A stretch of 64,000 nucleotides of DNA from a virus: IMG/VR virus record IMGVR_UViG_3300047552_000676, positions 6,116 to 70,115 of that record. One strand, 5' to 3'. This document shows positions 8,940 through 18,985 of the stretch, piece after piece. The notes under the pieces were generated by a model. That model had not been told where the DNA came from. It ran no database searches and was given only the letters and a program-made list of their open reading frames with translations. How positions within the stretch are numbered: the stretch's first letter is position 1; each line of letters begins with the position of its first letter. A program made the position numbers and the translations under genes.

Positions 8940-11036
8940 CTACCGCTCACCCCTTAAAACGTTTGTATTCTTAGAAATACGATCCGCTTGAGAGCTAGGC
9001 GCATCTCCGCCGTCTAGAACTTCACGTGCTATCTCTGTAGCTTGCTCCCCTAGCTTGTCCGCTAAGTCCTTCTTCATCTTTTCATCGCGAAGTTCAACTA
9101 GCTGGTCTTCAGCTTCGTTTTGCTTTTCAGCTCGTTCGAGCAAATCGTCTTCAGAAGTTGGTTCGGGCTCCATAGCTTCCATGTCACCGGCACCTTCGTC
9201 TGGCAGGCTACCGTCATCTGGTGTTTCACCATCCATACCCTCTTCTGCCGAAGGCTCCATAGAGGGATCCATGCCGGGGTCTTCAGTAGTTTCTGCGTCG
9301 GGTTCTAGAGACTCATCCACCGGTTCATCTTCTGCTGACTCGATTTGGATTTCCTCCATCACAGGGGCCCAGGTGTCACCTGAGTTCAACGGTGTGGTGT
9401 TAGGAGCGCGTGGCTCTGTTACCGAGTTAGATTCAATGCCTGATTCCTTACCTGGAACCCTTCTCTCTAAAAACAACGGCAACGGCAAGCCATAATGCTC
9501 GAAGAATTCGATCTGTGCGGTAGGGTCTATGTACGAGCCTAGTGCAGTCATGGGGGTGACTGTCTGCTCACCCTCACTCGACCTGCGCACATGGTTGAGC
9601 GCCTTGCCTACTTCAGTTGCCGCTTGCTTTAGATAAGCTAGGGCTTCCTTAGCCGACTCCATAGTTTTCTTTTTCTTAAAGATGTTTTCCAACTGAGCGC
9701 GGAAAATCTTCGTTCCATGGTAAGTACGTAGCTTATGAACTGGCACATTTGCGCCAAGCTTCCTGAAGTACTTGAGGACGGCCCCATACGGAATGATCTT
9801 TCCCCCCGTACTGCTTTCGTAGGTGAAGAGGGGGTCTGTTGGTCGCTTACCCTCTGCCAACATACCAACTAGCTTAACGATCATCTTGCTTACCGGATCA
9901 GTGCCCTTCATTTCGTGCTTGGTAAGCACCTGATCCTTACCCAGATACTTGAGGCGGAATCCATTCTGGATAGCAGTATAGTTCTTACGAAGAATGGGGC
10001 GGAGCCCCGGCTTCGTACCTGAACCAATGCGGGCATTAAACTGGAAGAGTAGCTCCAGCACTAATGCACTTACTGAATCAGGTGACGTCGGGTCATATCG
10101 CTTTAGTTCTTGTATCCACTTAGCACGTACTTTGTCTACTATAGGGATGAAGTCCTTAACGGCTTCAAACTTCTCCACGTTCTTTTCACGGTTGGCTTGC
10201 TTGGTATAGAAGTAGTTACCACCAGAACCGTCTTTACGGATTGCCTGGAACACGTATTCCTGTGAACCCTTTTCGTAAGAAGGATTCATCCGTACCGTCG
10301 GAAAGATCGCGGCTTGGGGTACACCGTTAATGACTTCTTCATCTGAGGTATAGAAATTACCTACCGCATCCATATTGCCTGTAAAGCCAGAAGGCAGCGT
10401 GTGTTCGATACCCTTCTTCTTTAAGAACGCGATGAACTTCTCGAAAGATACGGTCTTACCACCAGAAGACCTAACAAAGTTAGCAAGCGCCAGTTTCCAG
10501 ATAGTGTTGAACTGCTTCCTTAGACGCAGGTACTCTGTGTATAACTCCGGACTAGCTTCTTTAGCAGCCTTGGCTTCTTCCACATCGTCAAAAGCTAACG
10601 CCGGCGTACCGGTCATCTTTTTCATGACTTGTCTCAGCTTAACCTTGACAGGGGCTTGGTCATCGACCTCTTTTACGAAATACGTTCCCATCCAAGATGG
10701 GAAAAATGTAGAGGCCGAATATCGTTCGATATTAGCCATGGCTACAGGTGAAGATGTACGCATCCACCGTGTCACTGCTTGCAACACTGCCTTTACGCTG
10801 GCTTTGGAGTCAGCGCTCTTCGCGTATTCCAGCAGGAAGGTCCTAAGATCATCCCCAAGCTCGGAGTAGTCCAAATCCCCGCGTATGGCATTATCGATCG
10901 TAGGCTTCAGCGCAGGTATCTTTGCAAAGAACGGTTTCAAGCCTGGTGATCTAAGAAGAGGGTAGGCCTCTTTTACTGGTTTCCCTGAGTTGTATAAAAT
11001 AATCAGGGAGTACAGTGCTAGTAGTAAGTCTTTCAT
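8940..11036 (-). CDS. Type IB DNA topoisomerase with acidic C-terminal tail
   Basis: Catalytic residues in order: ARIG (R), YLGKD (K), HKLRTY (R), ALNH (H), SYIDP (Y); about 170-aa D/E-rich tail. Confidence 0.85.
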   Translation of the reverse strand: MKDLLLALYSLIILYNSGKPVKEAYPLLRSPGLKPFFAKIPALKPTIDNAIRGDLDYSELGDDLRTFLLEYAKSADSKASVKAVLQAVTRWMRTSSPVAMANIERYSASTFFPSWMGTYFVKEVDDQAPVKVKLRQVMKKMTGTPALAFDDVEEAKAAKEASPELYTEYLRLRKQFNTIWKLALANFVRSSGGKTVSFEKFIAFLKKKGIEHTLPSGFTGNMDAVGNFYTSDEEVINGVPQAAIFPTVRMNPSYEKGSQEYVFQAIRKDGSGGNYFYTKQANREKNVEKFEAVKDFIPIVDKVRAKWIQELKRYDPTSPDSVSALVLELLFQFNARIGSGTKPGLRPILRKNYTAIQNGFRLKYLGKDQVLTKHEMKGTDPVSKMIVKLVGMLAEGKRPTDPLFTYESSTGGKIIPYGAVLKYFRKLGANVPVHKLRTYHGTKIFRAQLENIFKKKKTMESAKEALAYLKQAATEVGKALNHVRRSSEGEQTVTPMTALGSYIDPTAQIEFFEHYGLPLPLFLERRVPGKESGIESNSVTEPRAPNTTPLNSGDTWAPVMEEIQIESAEDEPVDESLEPDAETTEDPGMDPSMEPSAEEGMDGETPDDGSLPDEGAGDMEAMEPEPTSEDDLLERAEKQNEAEDQLVELRDEKMKKDLADKLGEQATEIAREVLDGGDAPSSQADRISKNTNVLRGER

Positions 11037-13393
11037 TAGTTGTTACCTGATTCTGCTGTTGCTAAAAGCTTGACTTCACGTAGCTCTCGTATAACGTTGG
11101 ACACGAGACAGTAAAGAGGGCGTACGATGTTTTCAATCTGCCCTCCGGATGGGGCACCACCTAAGAAAGCACCGATAGCACCAACTGCACAGAAATTCTC
11201 CATGTTGAAAGGCGGGTCTACTTCAAATTCAGCAAACGCTGAAGCGTTAGGCCCGCCGGTATTCTCAACACCCCGCATACGTAAGGAGGGGTCACCCAGA
11301 GTTCGCCCGTTAGGGGTCACCAGAGTGGAAGACTCATGAGCTCTAAGTCTTAACCCCTTCTCATTGAACTCATGCGCAGCCGTACCTCCTGAGTGAACGA
11401 TAGTAACCACCCAGCTTGCATTCGCATGACCAAACGCGGGGAAAACTACAACGTTCCCATGAGAGTTAACGTCTAGGCTTGGATGTATAGCAAAGTCACG
11501 GACGCCATAGCTAACTGAAAGGTACGGAGCAACACCGTTCGCGAGTACGTCTACGTGCTGGTTTATTACAGTTAAGTTGGCACCCTTTTTATTACTACCT
11601 CCAGTACCATTATCTTCCAGATTTTTGGACGTACCTGTAACTAGCAGACTCGTACCTACTTCCGGATTACCATTGATGAAGGCAGTCCAGCGTCGCAGAT
11701 CGATTGGGTCACCTTCGTTATCACCCTCAAGATCGTTGTTTAGTTTGATTCTATTCCAAGGGGTGGAGTAATCTACGATAGTGTTTTCTTTCGCCTGATA
11801 CACCCCTGAAAACGTACCACCTGTTCTTTGGAGAACGTTCGTTAAGTCAGGACCAACTGTATCTGCGTTAGGCGTCCAAATCACCTTGATGTTAGAATAC
11901 TGAATAGACCACGTACCACCAGGATCGGCGACCTCAGCAAAGAATACGTCAGAAGCTGAGAAATCAAGCACTGCATCCTGGTTGACTACAACGTCACCAG
12001 TATCCCGAAGGAGATTCCAATCGTAGCCATTGGAAGCCTGTTCGTAGAGTTTGAACCTGGAAGTGTAGACTCCTTCGCGGAACTCCCGGGTCCAGACTTC
12101 TACTTTATATAGAACTCCATCGTTTATACCAAAGGCTGCATTTGCGGCTGTAGATGCGACACCCGTGGTTTTGTATGGACTATCAGTTCCGGGAAACATA
12201 AACCTACGATCCACCGGTGAAGTACCAGGGGATACTTCTTCCATCTGCACAGAAGGTGCAATCCGCGTTGCATCATCTACGGGAGCTGGTACGCCCCGCG
12301 AGAATAAGACGGCTTCCGCTCTAGGCAAATCGGTCACTGCTTCGTATCTAGTTCCAATAACTATATGACCCGTCTCACCTGAACCAGACCCCTCGAAATA
12401 CCCTGCTGTCTGCATTTGAAATGTCATGTAGCAGTTACTAGGTCTAGTGTTGTATCCGCCAGTATTGGTAGAGAATTGATACAGTGTATCACCGTTCTCG
12501 TTGACTGGGGAGGCGTTCGTCACAGTAAAATCTGCGATGTTAGTGACCGCAGGATAACCGGCAAATCCGTCACCATTGCGCTGTACCGTGCTCAGCTCGT
12601 AGATGATAACTAGTTGACCGACGAGCGGTGCTGTGTCTAGAGGTTGCGCGAGTGTGATTGTATCACCGCTGATGCTCTCCACAGAGCGGACAAACCCACC
12701 TTCCACTTGAATTATGAACTTACCTAGTTCACCACTACCCGCCATCGAAAGGCTTTCGAAGAAAGCTGCTGTGATAGTAGTATCTGTTGAGGCCTCTATC
12801 TCAGGGGCACCGATTCGTACATAGTTGACAGGGTTCCATAGCGTAGCATCGTGCTTGGCTAGAAATACAGATTCTTGATAGTCGTTCGGTTCATGAACGA
12901 TAGCCAGCGGGACTTCAGGGTGGTCACCAGGGGGCTGCAGAGTCATCAGGGTATCCATTTCCAGGACATCCTGTTCACCTACGTTGTCGATTTGAAATAC
13001 TGCTGCGCCCTGTTCCAGCTTGATAAGAACCTTGATGCGTAGGATGTTTGCGTAACCGCTCAGCGTAGAAGGCAACTTGGTTCTAGTAGTTCCAAATGAG
13101 AACCTTCCGAACATCGTGTTGTCTTCCATAAACAACCCGATTTCACCATAATCAAAAGGCCCCGCTTCCGCAGGAACCTCTAGATTTACCTGGACAGTAT
13201 CCGTAGCATAGTAGTTATAAGATACGGCTGTTCCAGTATAAACCGTATCACCAATGATGTCGGTGTCTGTAGCTTGTGCTGGAGTGGCAAAATCATTACC
13301 CAGCTTGAACTGAGTGATGTGAATGTAGGGGCCGGTAGGGGTGGCAACAGAAGCCGCTGCTAAACCCGCATTAGTGATGACTAGGTTGCTCAT
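11036..13393 (-). CDS. Tail fibre protein
   Basis: N-terminal VITNAG...GPFDYGEIGLF tail-collar/fibre domain; follows the baseplate wedge genes. Confidence 0.8.
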   Translation of the reverse strand: MSNLVITNAGLAAASVATPTGPYIHITQFKLGNDFATPAQATDTDIIGDTVYTGTAVSYNYYATDTVQVNLEVPAEAGPFDYGEIGLFMEDNTMFGRFSFGTTRTKLPSTLSGYANILRIKVLIKLEQGAAVFQIDNVGEQDVLEMDTLMTLQPPGDHPEVPLAIVHEPNDYQESVFLAKHDATLWNPVNYVRIGAPEIEASTDTTITAAFFESLSMAGSGELGKFIIQVEGGFVRSVESISGDTITLAQPLDTAPLVGQLVIIYELSTVQRNGDGFAGYPAVTNIADFTVTNASPVNENGDTLYQFSTNTGGYNTRPSNCYMTFQMQTAGYFEGSGSGETGHIVIGTRYEAVTDLPRAEAVLFSRGVPAPVDDATRIAPSVQMEEVSPGTSPVDRRFMFPGTDSPYKTTGVASTAANAAFGINDGVLYKVEVWTREFREGVYTSRFKLYEQASNGYDWNLLRDTGDVVVNQDAVLDFSASDVFFAEVADPGGTWSIQYSNIKVIWTPNADTVGPDLTNVLQRTGGTFSGVYQAKENTIVDYSTPWNRIKLNNDLEGDNEGDPIDLRRWTAFINGNPEVGTSLLVTGTSKNLEDNGTGGSNKKGANLTVINQHVDVLANGVAPYLSVSYGVRDFAIHPSLDVNSHGNVVVFPAFGHANASWVVTIVHSGGTAAHEFNEKGLRLRAHESSTLVTPNGRTLGDPSLRMRGVENTGGPNASAFAEFEVDPPFNMENFCAVGAIGAFLGGAPSGGQIENIVRPLYCLVSNVIRELREVKLLATAESGNN

Positions 13394-14160
13394 GTGTTAT
13401 GATCCGTTGGAATGCGTACGATGGTAGTGAATCCACCACCTTGACCACGCGCTGGCGTCAGGTCTTCTGCGCCTAGACTAAAATTGGCTACGGTATCGCA
13501 GTCAAAGAATATAGGGGCAATCCCAATGTCTAGCTGAGAGTCTAGATCAACTGCTTGTACGATGTAATAGAACACTAGAACATAGTTGGCGATGGCTTCA
13601 AAGAAGCTAGCAAACACTAGAACGTCTATATTTGGATTCATAGCTTCTAGGTTGTATTCTACGCGAGTATGTGTAGTTGGATACCACGTACCACCTTCAT
13701 AGATTGGAGTCCCAATAGCAGGGTCTCCCTCGTCGTAGAAATCAACATAGTCTTCTGTCCATAGCCGAGTCATCGTTACACGGGTGCCAAGAACTAAAGA
13801 CACGAAGTCGGCTAGCTGACCTTTCCCTTTAGAATACCAATACTCAGGGAGGTAACGCACCATGCGCTGCAATTCGACAACTGTAAAGGCGTCTCTATTT
13901 CTTAGAGATAGCCCTAGCATACCCAGTTGCTTTATCAGTATGTCTTTGTCAAAACTATCTAGATCAGCGCTTGAAATTAGTTCGTGATTCTGTTCCTTCT
14001 CCGCTGTTGCCGCATTAAGAAGGAACATCTCACGCAGTTTACCCAGCGTATTAGTAGGCTCGTCAACTGTATCTGCAAAAACGTAGTCGATAGCGTCGCA
14101 CAAGTCTAGCCACGCTTGCTGACTTACGTAGGAGGGTAAAAGATCTTTACGAGAGGGCAT
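13390..14160 (-). CDS. Baseplate wedge protein (P2 gpI / T4 gp7-like)
   Basis: LGMLG...YWYSKGK pattern; lies between the gpJ-like gene and the fibre. Confidence 0.7.
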   Translation of the reverse strand: MPSRKDLLPSYVSQQAWLDLCDAIDYVFADTVDEPTNTLGKLREMFLLNAATAEKEQNHELISSADLDSFDKDILIKQLGMLGLSLRNRDAFTVVELQRMVRYLPEYWYSKGKGQLADFVSLVLGTRVTMTRLWTEDYVDFYDEGDPAIGTPIYEGGTWYPTTHTRVEYNLEAMNPNIDVLVFASFFEAIANYVLVFYYIVQAVDLDSQLDIGIAPIFFDCDTVANFSLGAEDLTPARGQGGGFTTIVRIPTDHNT

Positions 14161-15928
14161 TGTTTGTCCTATCCCCCCGCGACGAATACTTTTCAGTGAT
14201 TGTCAGCGTGTCTAGGGTTAGATATTTGACGGACACTGTGTTCTGTGCTGGTGGGACTGCTCCACCTACTACTGTACCATCATCGTCCCATGTAGTGCCG
14301 ACTACGTTATTCGCTACCAACTTTAGTGTATTGTCGGCTGGCCCTCTACGATACACATCATAGCTAGTCGCATTGACAACAGGCTCCCAGGTGACTGTAA
14401 TAACCGCATCGGGATCAGGGGCAGGGCCTGGGCCAAAATCCGGCTGACTTTCGTACAGAGTGTCGATGTCTACTGTTGCGTATCTGCGGGTAGTGATGAT
14501 ACCGTCAGATAGATTCGCAGCTATAGCGTAGTAGAAGATACCAGTTTGAATAGTACCCCCCGCATCAAACTCTACTGTAAGAGTTGGTTCTGGAACAGGT
14601 TGCCCACTGATGATTACATCACTAGTTGGATTGCGGATATGAATGTATTCGATACCCTCATCAGCCGCTAACACACTATCAACGATATCAGACAGGTACA
14701 GATCGTAGTTCAGATACCCTGGTCTAGGTGAAAGCAGGGCCTGCAACGCATTCTCCGCGTTAACCTTTGCTTGCGTAGCACTAGCCCACTTGAAACAGTA
14801 GATGTCTAAGTCCAGCACTACAGGAACTGCAACCGGGTTCTTGACTATAAACTTTGGTGAGTAGGCCGAGTTTTCTTCCATATACTGGATGAACTCGTTC
14901 TTCATAGCCGGTGTCCAAGGGCTTTCAGTAAGCAGATTAATCTCGATGAGGTTCATCCACTCTAGAGCACTGGGATTCACTTCCCTTTGTGCAAACGTCC
15001 ATACATCTACTACTCCTGGGTAGGAGAACGCGAGTGTTGCGTACTGCGACTTTGTTATAGCCGAGTTGAACATTCCAAAAGTAGGGGCGGCAAAATTCTT
15101 GTACAGAAGTGCAGAACGCTCGTTAGCGCCACCTGTTGGATTGGAAGTAAACACCCCTGAAATTTGAGTGTAGTCGTCCGCGGCGACGTTCTTACCGAGT
15201 GTGTCTAGGCTATTCGCGTCCGCACCCAGAGTAATAACGTAGGTGATCAGTAGCGTCTGATTGGGGTCTGCGATTCCCCCGTACACTGCGTCACCGAATT
15301 GCACCAGCAGTTTACCTTCAGGATGAGTGGAATCAACAAACCCAAGACGGTCGCGTAAATTCCACAGGCCGCCCGTAGATCTTTCCAAGGGTGCGTTATC
15401 GCGTAGAATTACTACGTCGAGGTCAGAGACCTGAAAGCCTGTTTCCTCCGACGTGAACATCGCAAAAGCCTCGCCAATACCCGGCATGGAGTACCTGCGA
15501 ATAGTACCTTCATACAATGTTACAGAGGCAGGTGTGTCGGCCTCTAAGAAGATAGCTTCCCGATTAAAGAAAGTGCCTCCGCCTCCAGTGAATTGTGTAT
15601 ACGCGGGGATCGTAGTTGCAAATCCCGCCGAAGTCAGATTGACAGTAGCGCCCGCTGGGAGTTTGCGAGTAAGTCGAACCCCTTGCATGAAAGTAAGCGC
15701 AAAGGACGCTCGATCGGATACTACAGTCTCAGTGAAGCTGTCCTGAAATTTACGCCGGATCTTTGCCTGTGAAGACGCTCCAACAGCAGCAATCATGTTT
15801 AGCAAAGCTCGCCCGGTTTGAGATTGTGTACTGCCGCGCCACGAGTCCTTGGTGTTCAGGTAAGCTTCTAGCTGAATGCGTAGATCTTCGTGGTCAGGAA
15901 ATATATTGGATAGAGTTAGTTCGGCCAT
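14147..15928 (-). CDS. Baseplate wedge protein (gpJ / T4 gp6-like) with C-terminal FN3-like domain
   Basis: IPAYTQF, VQFGD, TGGANER, SAITKSQY motifs. Confidence 0.85.
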   Translation of the reverse strand: MAELTLSNIFPDHEDLRIQLEAYLNTKDSWRGSTQSQTGRALLNMIAAVGASSQAKIRRKFQDSFTETVVSDRASFALTFMQGVRLTRKLPAGATVNLTSAGFATTIPAYTQFTGGGGTFFNREAIFLEADTPASVTLYEGTIRRYSMPGIGEAFAMFTSEETGFQVSDLDVVILRDNAPLERSTGGLWNLRDRLGFVDSTHPEGKLLVQFGDAVYGGIADPNQTLLITYVITLGADANSLDTLGKNVAADDYTQISGVFTSNPTGGANERSALLYKNFAAPTFGMFNSAITKSQYATLAFSYPGVVDVWTFAQREVNPSALEWMNLIEINLLTESPWTPAMKNEFIQYMEENSAYSPKFIVKNPVAVPVVLDLDIYCFKWASATQAKVNAENALQALLSPRPGYLNYDLYLSDIVDSVLAADEGIEYIHIRNPTSDVIISGQPVPEPTLTVEFDAGGTIQTGIFYYAIAANLSDGIITTRRYATVDIDTLYESQPDFGPGPAPDPDAVITVTWEPVVNATSYDVYRRGPADNTLKLVANNVVGTTWDDDGTVVGGAVPPAQNTVSVKYLTLDTLTITEKYSSRGDRTNNALS

Positions 15929-15929
15929 A

Positions 15930-16544
15930 TCAGTTCAGATTGATGATTGCTGCTTGCACATCTATGGTTCCATCCGACGACACACTCATATTCCCTTGCG
16001 AGTGTACGGTGGTAGATCCGTCTACTGTAACTTGTGCGTTTCCCTGTACCACGACAGTTACGTTACCAACGATTGTGACTGCTACGTTACCTTCAGCGTG
16101 AATTGTCACGTTACCGTCAGCGTCTATGTCAGAAGTAAACGCGTTATCTTTATGTTTGTATACTGTGTGCCCTGTGGAGCTATCAGTGTAGAACAAATTT
16201 CCAAAGGGGTCCCAACGACCACGTCTATGTGGGTAGTTCTCTAGAAGCTCTGCTGGAACTTCCTTGTTTGCGTCATGTGGATAGCCTTCGGTTAGACCAT
16301 ATAGGATGTCCCCACCCTGAAGATACACTGCTACTCGCTGGCCGATATCAGGGACATCCACTACAAACGAGCTGTAGACAAGAGGAGCTACCCAAGGGAA
16401 GTTTGCAGGGTCGCCTTCAAACACATTAGGGATCATGACCTTAATGCGTTGCTGTTTATTGGGGTCGTTGTTTACTACAACAATCCCAGAGAGATACCCA
16501 TCGTATTTCTCCTGCGCCATACTATGTATACCGACCATTGTCAT
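15930..16544 (-). CDS. Baseplate central spike (gpV / gp5-like)
   Basis: NNDPNKQQRIKV...W...VPDIGQRVAV OB-fold followed by VxGN beta-helix repeats ending IINLN. Confidence 0.85.
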   Translation of the reverse strand: MTMVGIHSMAQEKYDGYLSGIVVVNNDPNKQQRIKVMIPNVFEGDPANFPWVAPLVYSSFVVDVPDIGQRVAVYLQGGDILYGLTEGYPHDANKEVPAELLENYPHRRGRWDPFGNLFYTDSSTGHTVYKHKDNAFTSDIDADGNVTIHAEGNVAVTIVGNVTVVVQGNAQVTVDGSTTVHSQGNMSVSSDGTIDVQAAIINLN

Positions 16545-16545
16545 A

Positions 16546-17682
16546 TTAAGCTAACGCATCTGCCATTTGGGCATTGGTGGTTTTTCTTCGAAGGTTTAGT
16601 CTCTCGTAGTAGTTGCTACCCTGGACATAGATAGTTCGACTTACTACGTGATAGTCTCCCGAGTGCATCTTTAGATATCCGTCCGCCCTTTCCATCGTTA
16701 CATACACTGGATCCAGTACATTAAGATCAGTAGGTTGCGGAGTTAAAACATCTAGACCAGTAGAGAACAAGCTACTAATTCGCTTGTTCTGATAAGCAGC
16801 TTTCAAGTAATCCGCATGGGCATTACCTGGATCGAGAGGACCAAAGGAAACATTTGCTTGCTTGATCAGGCTCTTAACTGTAGCACTCATGGAGAGGCTG
16901 CCTTCACTGGGCTTCTTTTTAACCTGGATCTCTTTCGTGACTTTATTGAAAGTATCTGAAGAAAGGTTCTGCTCAATGATACGGTCAGCATACCCTACGA
17001 AGTGGTTAGGCGCCCCTGAGGCCACGACGGGTAGGGCGTCTGTGACTAGAAAGAAACCCGGCTTTGGATCTATGTACGAAAACTTTGCGACCGGCTTCAA
17101 AGCCTTTGACAAATCCTTGTAGACTAGTTTGCCATTCAAGTTCAAGGCTGAACGCATGCAGCTTAGCTCCGACAGAAATCCATGCTCCTTAATAGTATGT
17201 ACCCATTCGTGATACCGTCTATTTCGGGGCCACCAAGTCTGACTATCTGTCGTGGCATCTCCATCAAATTCCAATCCGCAGATATCGGTTATTTGTTTCA
17301 AGGCCCCGCTACTAGTCGCGGTTATTGGCTCCGTAGCTGACTCTTGCCAGTAGCGAATGTTGTTGAAATAGCCATCTATCTCGTAGCTATTTCCGCCCTC
17401 GTTTGGTGTTCTTTTGATAGAGTTTGTGCGGAAGTTGTAAACGCGGCTTTCCGGCTGTTCCCCAACTTGTAGGATCACCTGAATCAGTGCGCCGTCTGTC
17501 AGTCTATTCACGGAAGTTAAGACTTCGCTGTTATCTTGTAGAACAAGATGGATCATAGGCACACTGATCTGTACGCCTGAAGACATATGCAGGAACCCCA
17601 ATGAGTTAGTGCGATCGAATGGGAACTCCCAACCGTTTATCAACAGCTTTAGATTTATTCTGCCTTGGATTTCAAAAGACAT
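16546..17682 (-). CDS. Baseplate hub protein (gp27 / gpD-like)
   Basis: 378 aa, upstream of the spike; SGDYHVVSRT C-terminal motif. Confidence 0.65.
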   Translation of the reverse strand: MSFEIQGRINLKLLINGWEFPFDRTNSLGFLHMSSGVQISVPMIHLVLQDNSEVLTSVNRLTDGALIQVILQVGEQPESRVYNFRTNSIKRTPNEGGNSYEIDGYFNNIRYWQESATEPITATSSGALKQITDICGLEFDGDATTDSQTWWPRNRRYHEWVHTIKEHGFLSELSCMRSALNLNGKLVYKDLSKALKPVAKFSYIDPKPGFFLVTDALPVVASGAPNHFVGYADRIIEQNLSSDTFNKVTKEIQVKKKPSEGSLSMSATVKSLIKQANVSFGPLDPGNAHADYLKAAYQNKRISSLFSTGLDVLTPQPTDLNVLDPVYVTMERADGYLKMHSGDYHVVSRTIYVQGSNYYERLNLRRKTTNAQMADALA

Positions 17683-17684
17683 GA

Positions 17685-18020
17685 CTACAACCTCAGTGTA
17701 ACTTGCACATCTTCGTTGGACTCCATATACGCTATCAAAGCCGCTCTCTGTGGGATGCGCAGTTTCAACCCTGGGACAATATCGTTTACGGAATCGTCGA
17801 GACCGTTATAGTCCAGGAGAATATGCCACATAGAAGCGTCACCAAGGTATGTATAAGCAATGCCTGGGAGATTGTAAGCATCCGACGCTTTGAGTATGAT
17901 TTCTTTTTCAACAGGAACGTTAAACCGAACATTCTTAAGCCTATAGCCAAAAACATCTAGGTCCCCACCGTCGGAGGTCAACGGCATGTACCTTACTGCA
18001 TCGAATCTTGCCATAATCAC
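17685..18020 (-). CDS. LysM-like baseplate protein (gp53 / gpX-like)
   Basis: LPGIAYTYLGDASMWHILLDYN...PGLKLRIP. Confidence 0.8.
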   Translation of the reverse strand: MIMARFDAVRYMPLTSDGGDLDVFGYRLKNVRFNVPVEKEIILKASDAYNLPGIAYTYLGDASMWHILLDYNGLDDSVNDIVPGLKLRIPQRAALIAYMESNEDVQVTLRL

Positions 18021-18985
18021 ATACCTTTTCTTACACCCGGAGCTACTGTCTTAGCAGTCTCTGGCACACGCTTTGTTGTCTTCGCGGAGTTACCTTGACC
18101 AGGGACCCATGTAGCCTGAGGCAGCATCCGATTTATGTCTTTCTTAGTTGGTAGGAAGAACGTCTTAAATCCGATGGTAGCCTCCACTCGACCCATAACC
18201 CCGGAAGCTAATGGCTGAACATAGTGAGTTTGGTTGACACTGGTTAGAACCACACACTCAAAGAACATGTGATTACCGATCATCAACTGCACTGGATTTC
18301 TAACTGCCGATAAGAGAGGTGAAGCCGGCGGTGTATTGTTAGGTCTAGGATTTGCACTGGTGTTTTCACTCGTGCGATAATTGCTAGACGCTAGTTGTCG
18401 ACTCTCATCAGCTAGCTTAGATAGCTTGTCTAAGCTAAGGCCCCCGCCCTCGATTACCTGATAAGCAGAGCCTAGCCCCATGTTCTTCGCGAAAGTCCCA
18501 ACGTATCCTGCTGTAGATTTCAGCCCCTCACCGAAAGCCTTTGTCAACTTAAAGATATCTAAGGAGGGTCCAGGGGCAGTTAGCAACCCATTAGGTGTGA
18601 GCTCGTCAGGCAAGGTAAGGCTCATCAACTGTGCCAACGAATTAGCTACTTCTTCGATCTCGTCCTTTTCAGCCTGGAACGTCAAAGGCAAGTTGAATGA
18701 GAACTCCGTAGAACCTTGCCATACTTGAGCAGTCATAGCTTGGGATACAAGCTGTAGACCAGCGATTCTAGCAAAGGGTCCTACTGCCCCACCTGCTGGA
18801 GTATTGTTTAGGGCTTGAGCCATCGACTCTTCGTAGACAGCATTCGAGTCGATATTGAACTCAGGCGGTAGACTAGCTACAAGATTTATACCGAGTGAGC
18901 TACACACGATACTGCACTTGTAGTTAGAGTTTTTATCCTTGTCTACCGGATCTCTATATAGCCAGTCTTCAGTCGTTAATTTCAT
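18017..18985 (-). CDS. Baseplate/tail-tube initiator (gp48-like)
   Basis: QVWQGST, CVVLTSVN motifs; position in the tail operon. Confidence 0.6.
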   Translation of the reverse strand: MKLTTEDWLYRDPVDKDKNSNYKCSIVCSSLGINLVASLPPEFNIDSNAVYEESMAQALNNTPAGGAVGPFARIAGLQLVSQAMTAQVWQGSTEFSFNLPLTFQAEKDEIEEVANSLAQLMSLTLPDELTPNGLLTAPGPSLDIFKLTKAFGEGLKSTAGYVGTFAKNMGLGSAYQVIEGGGLSLDKLSKLADESRQLASSNYRTSENTSANPRPNNTPPASPLLSAVRNPVQLMIGNHMFFECVVLTSVNQTHYVQPLASGVMGRVEATIGFKTFFLPTKKDINRMLPQATWVPGQGNSAKTTKRVPETAKTVAPGVRKGM

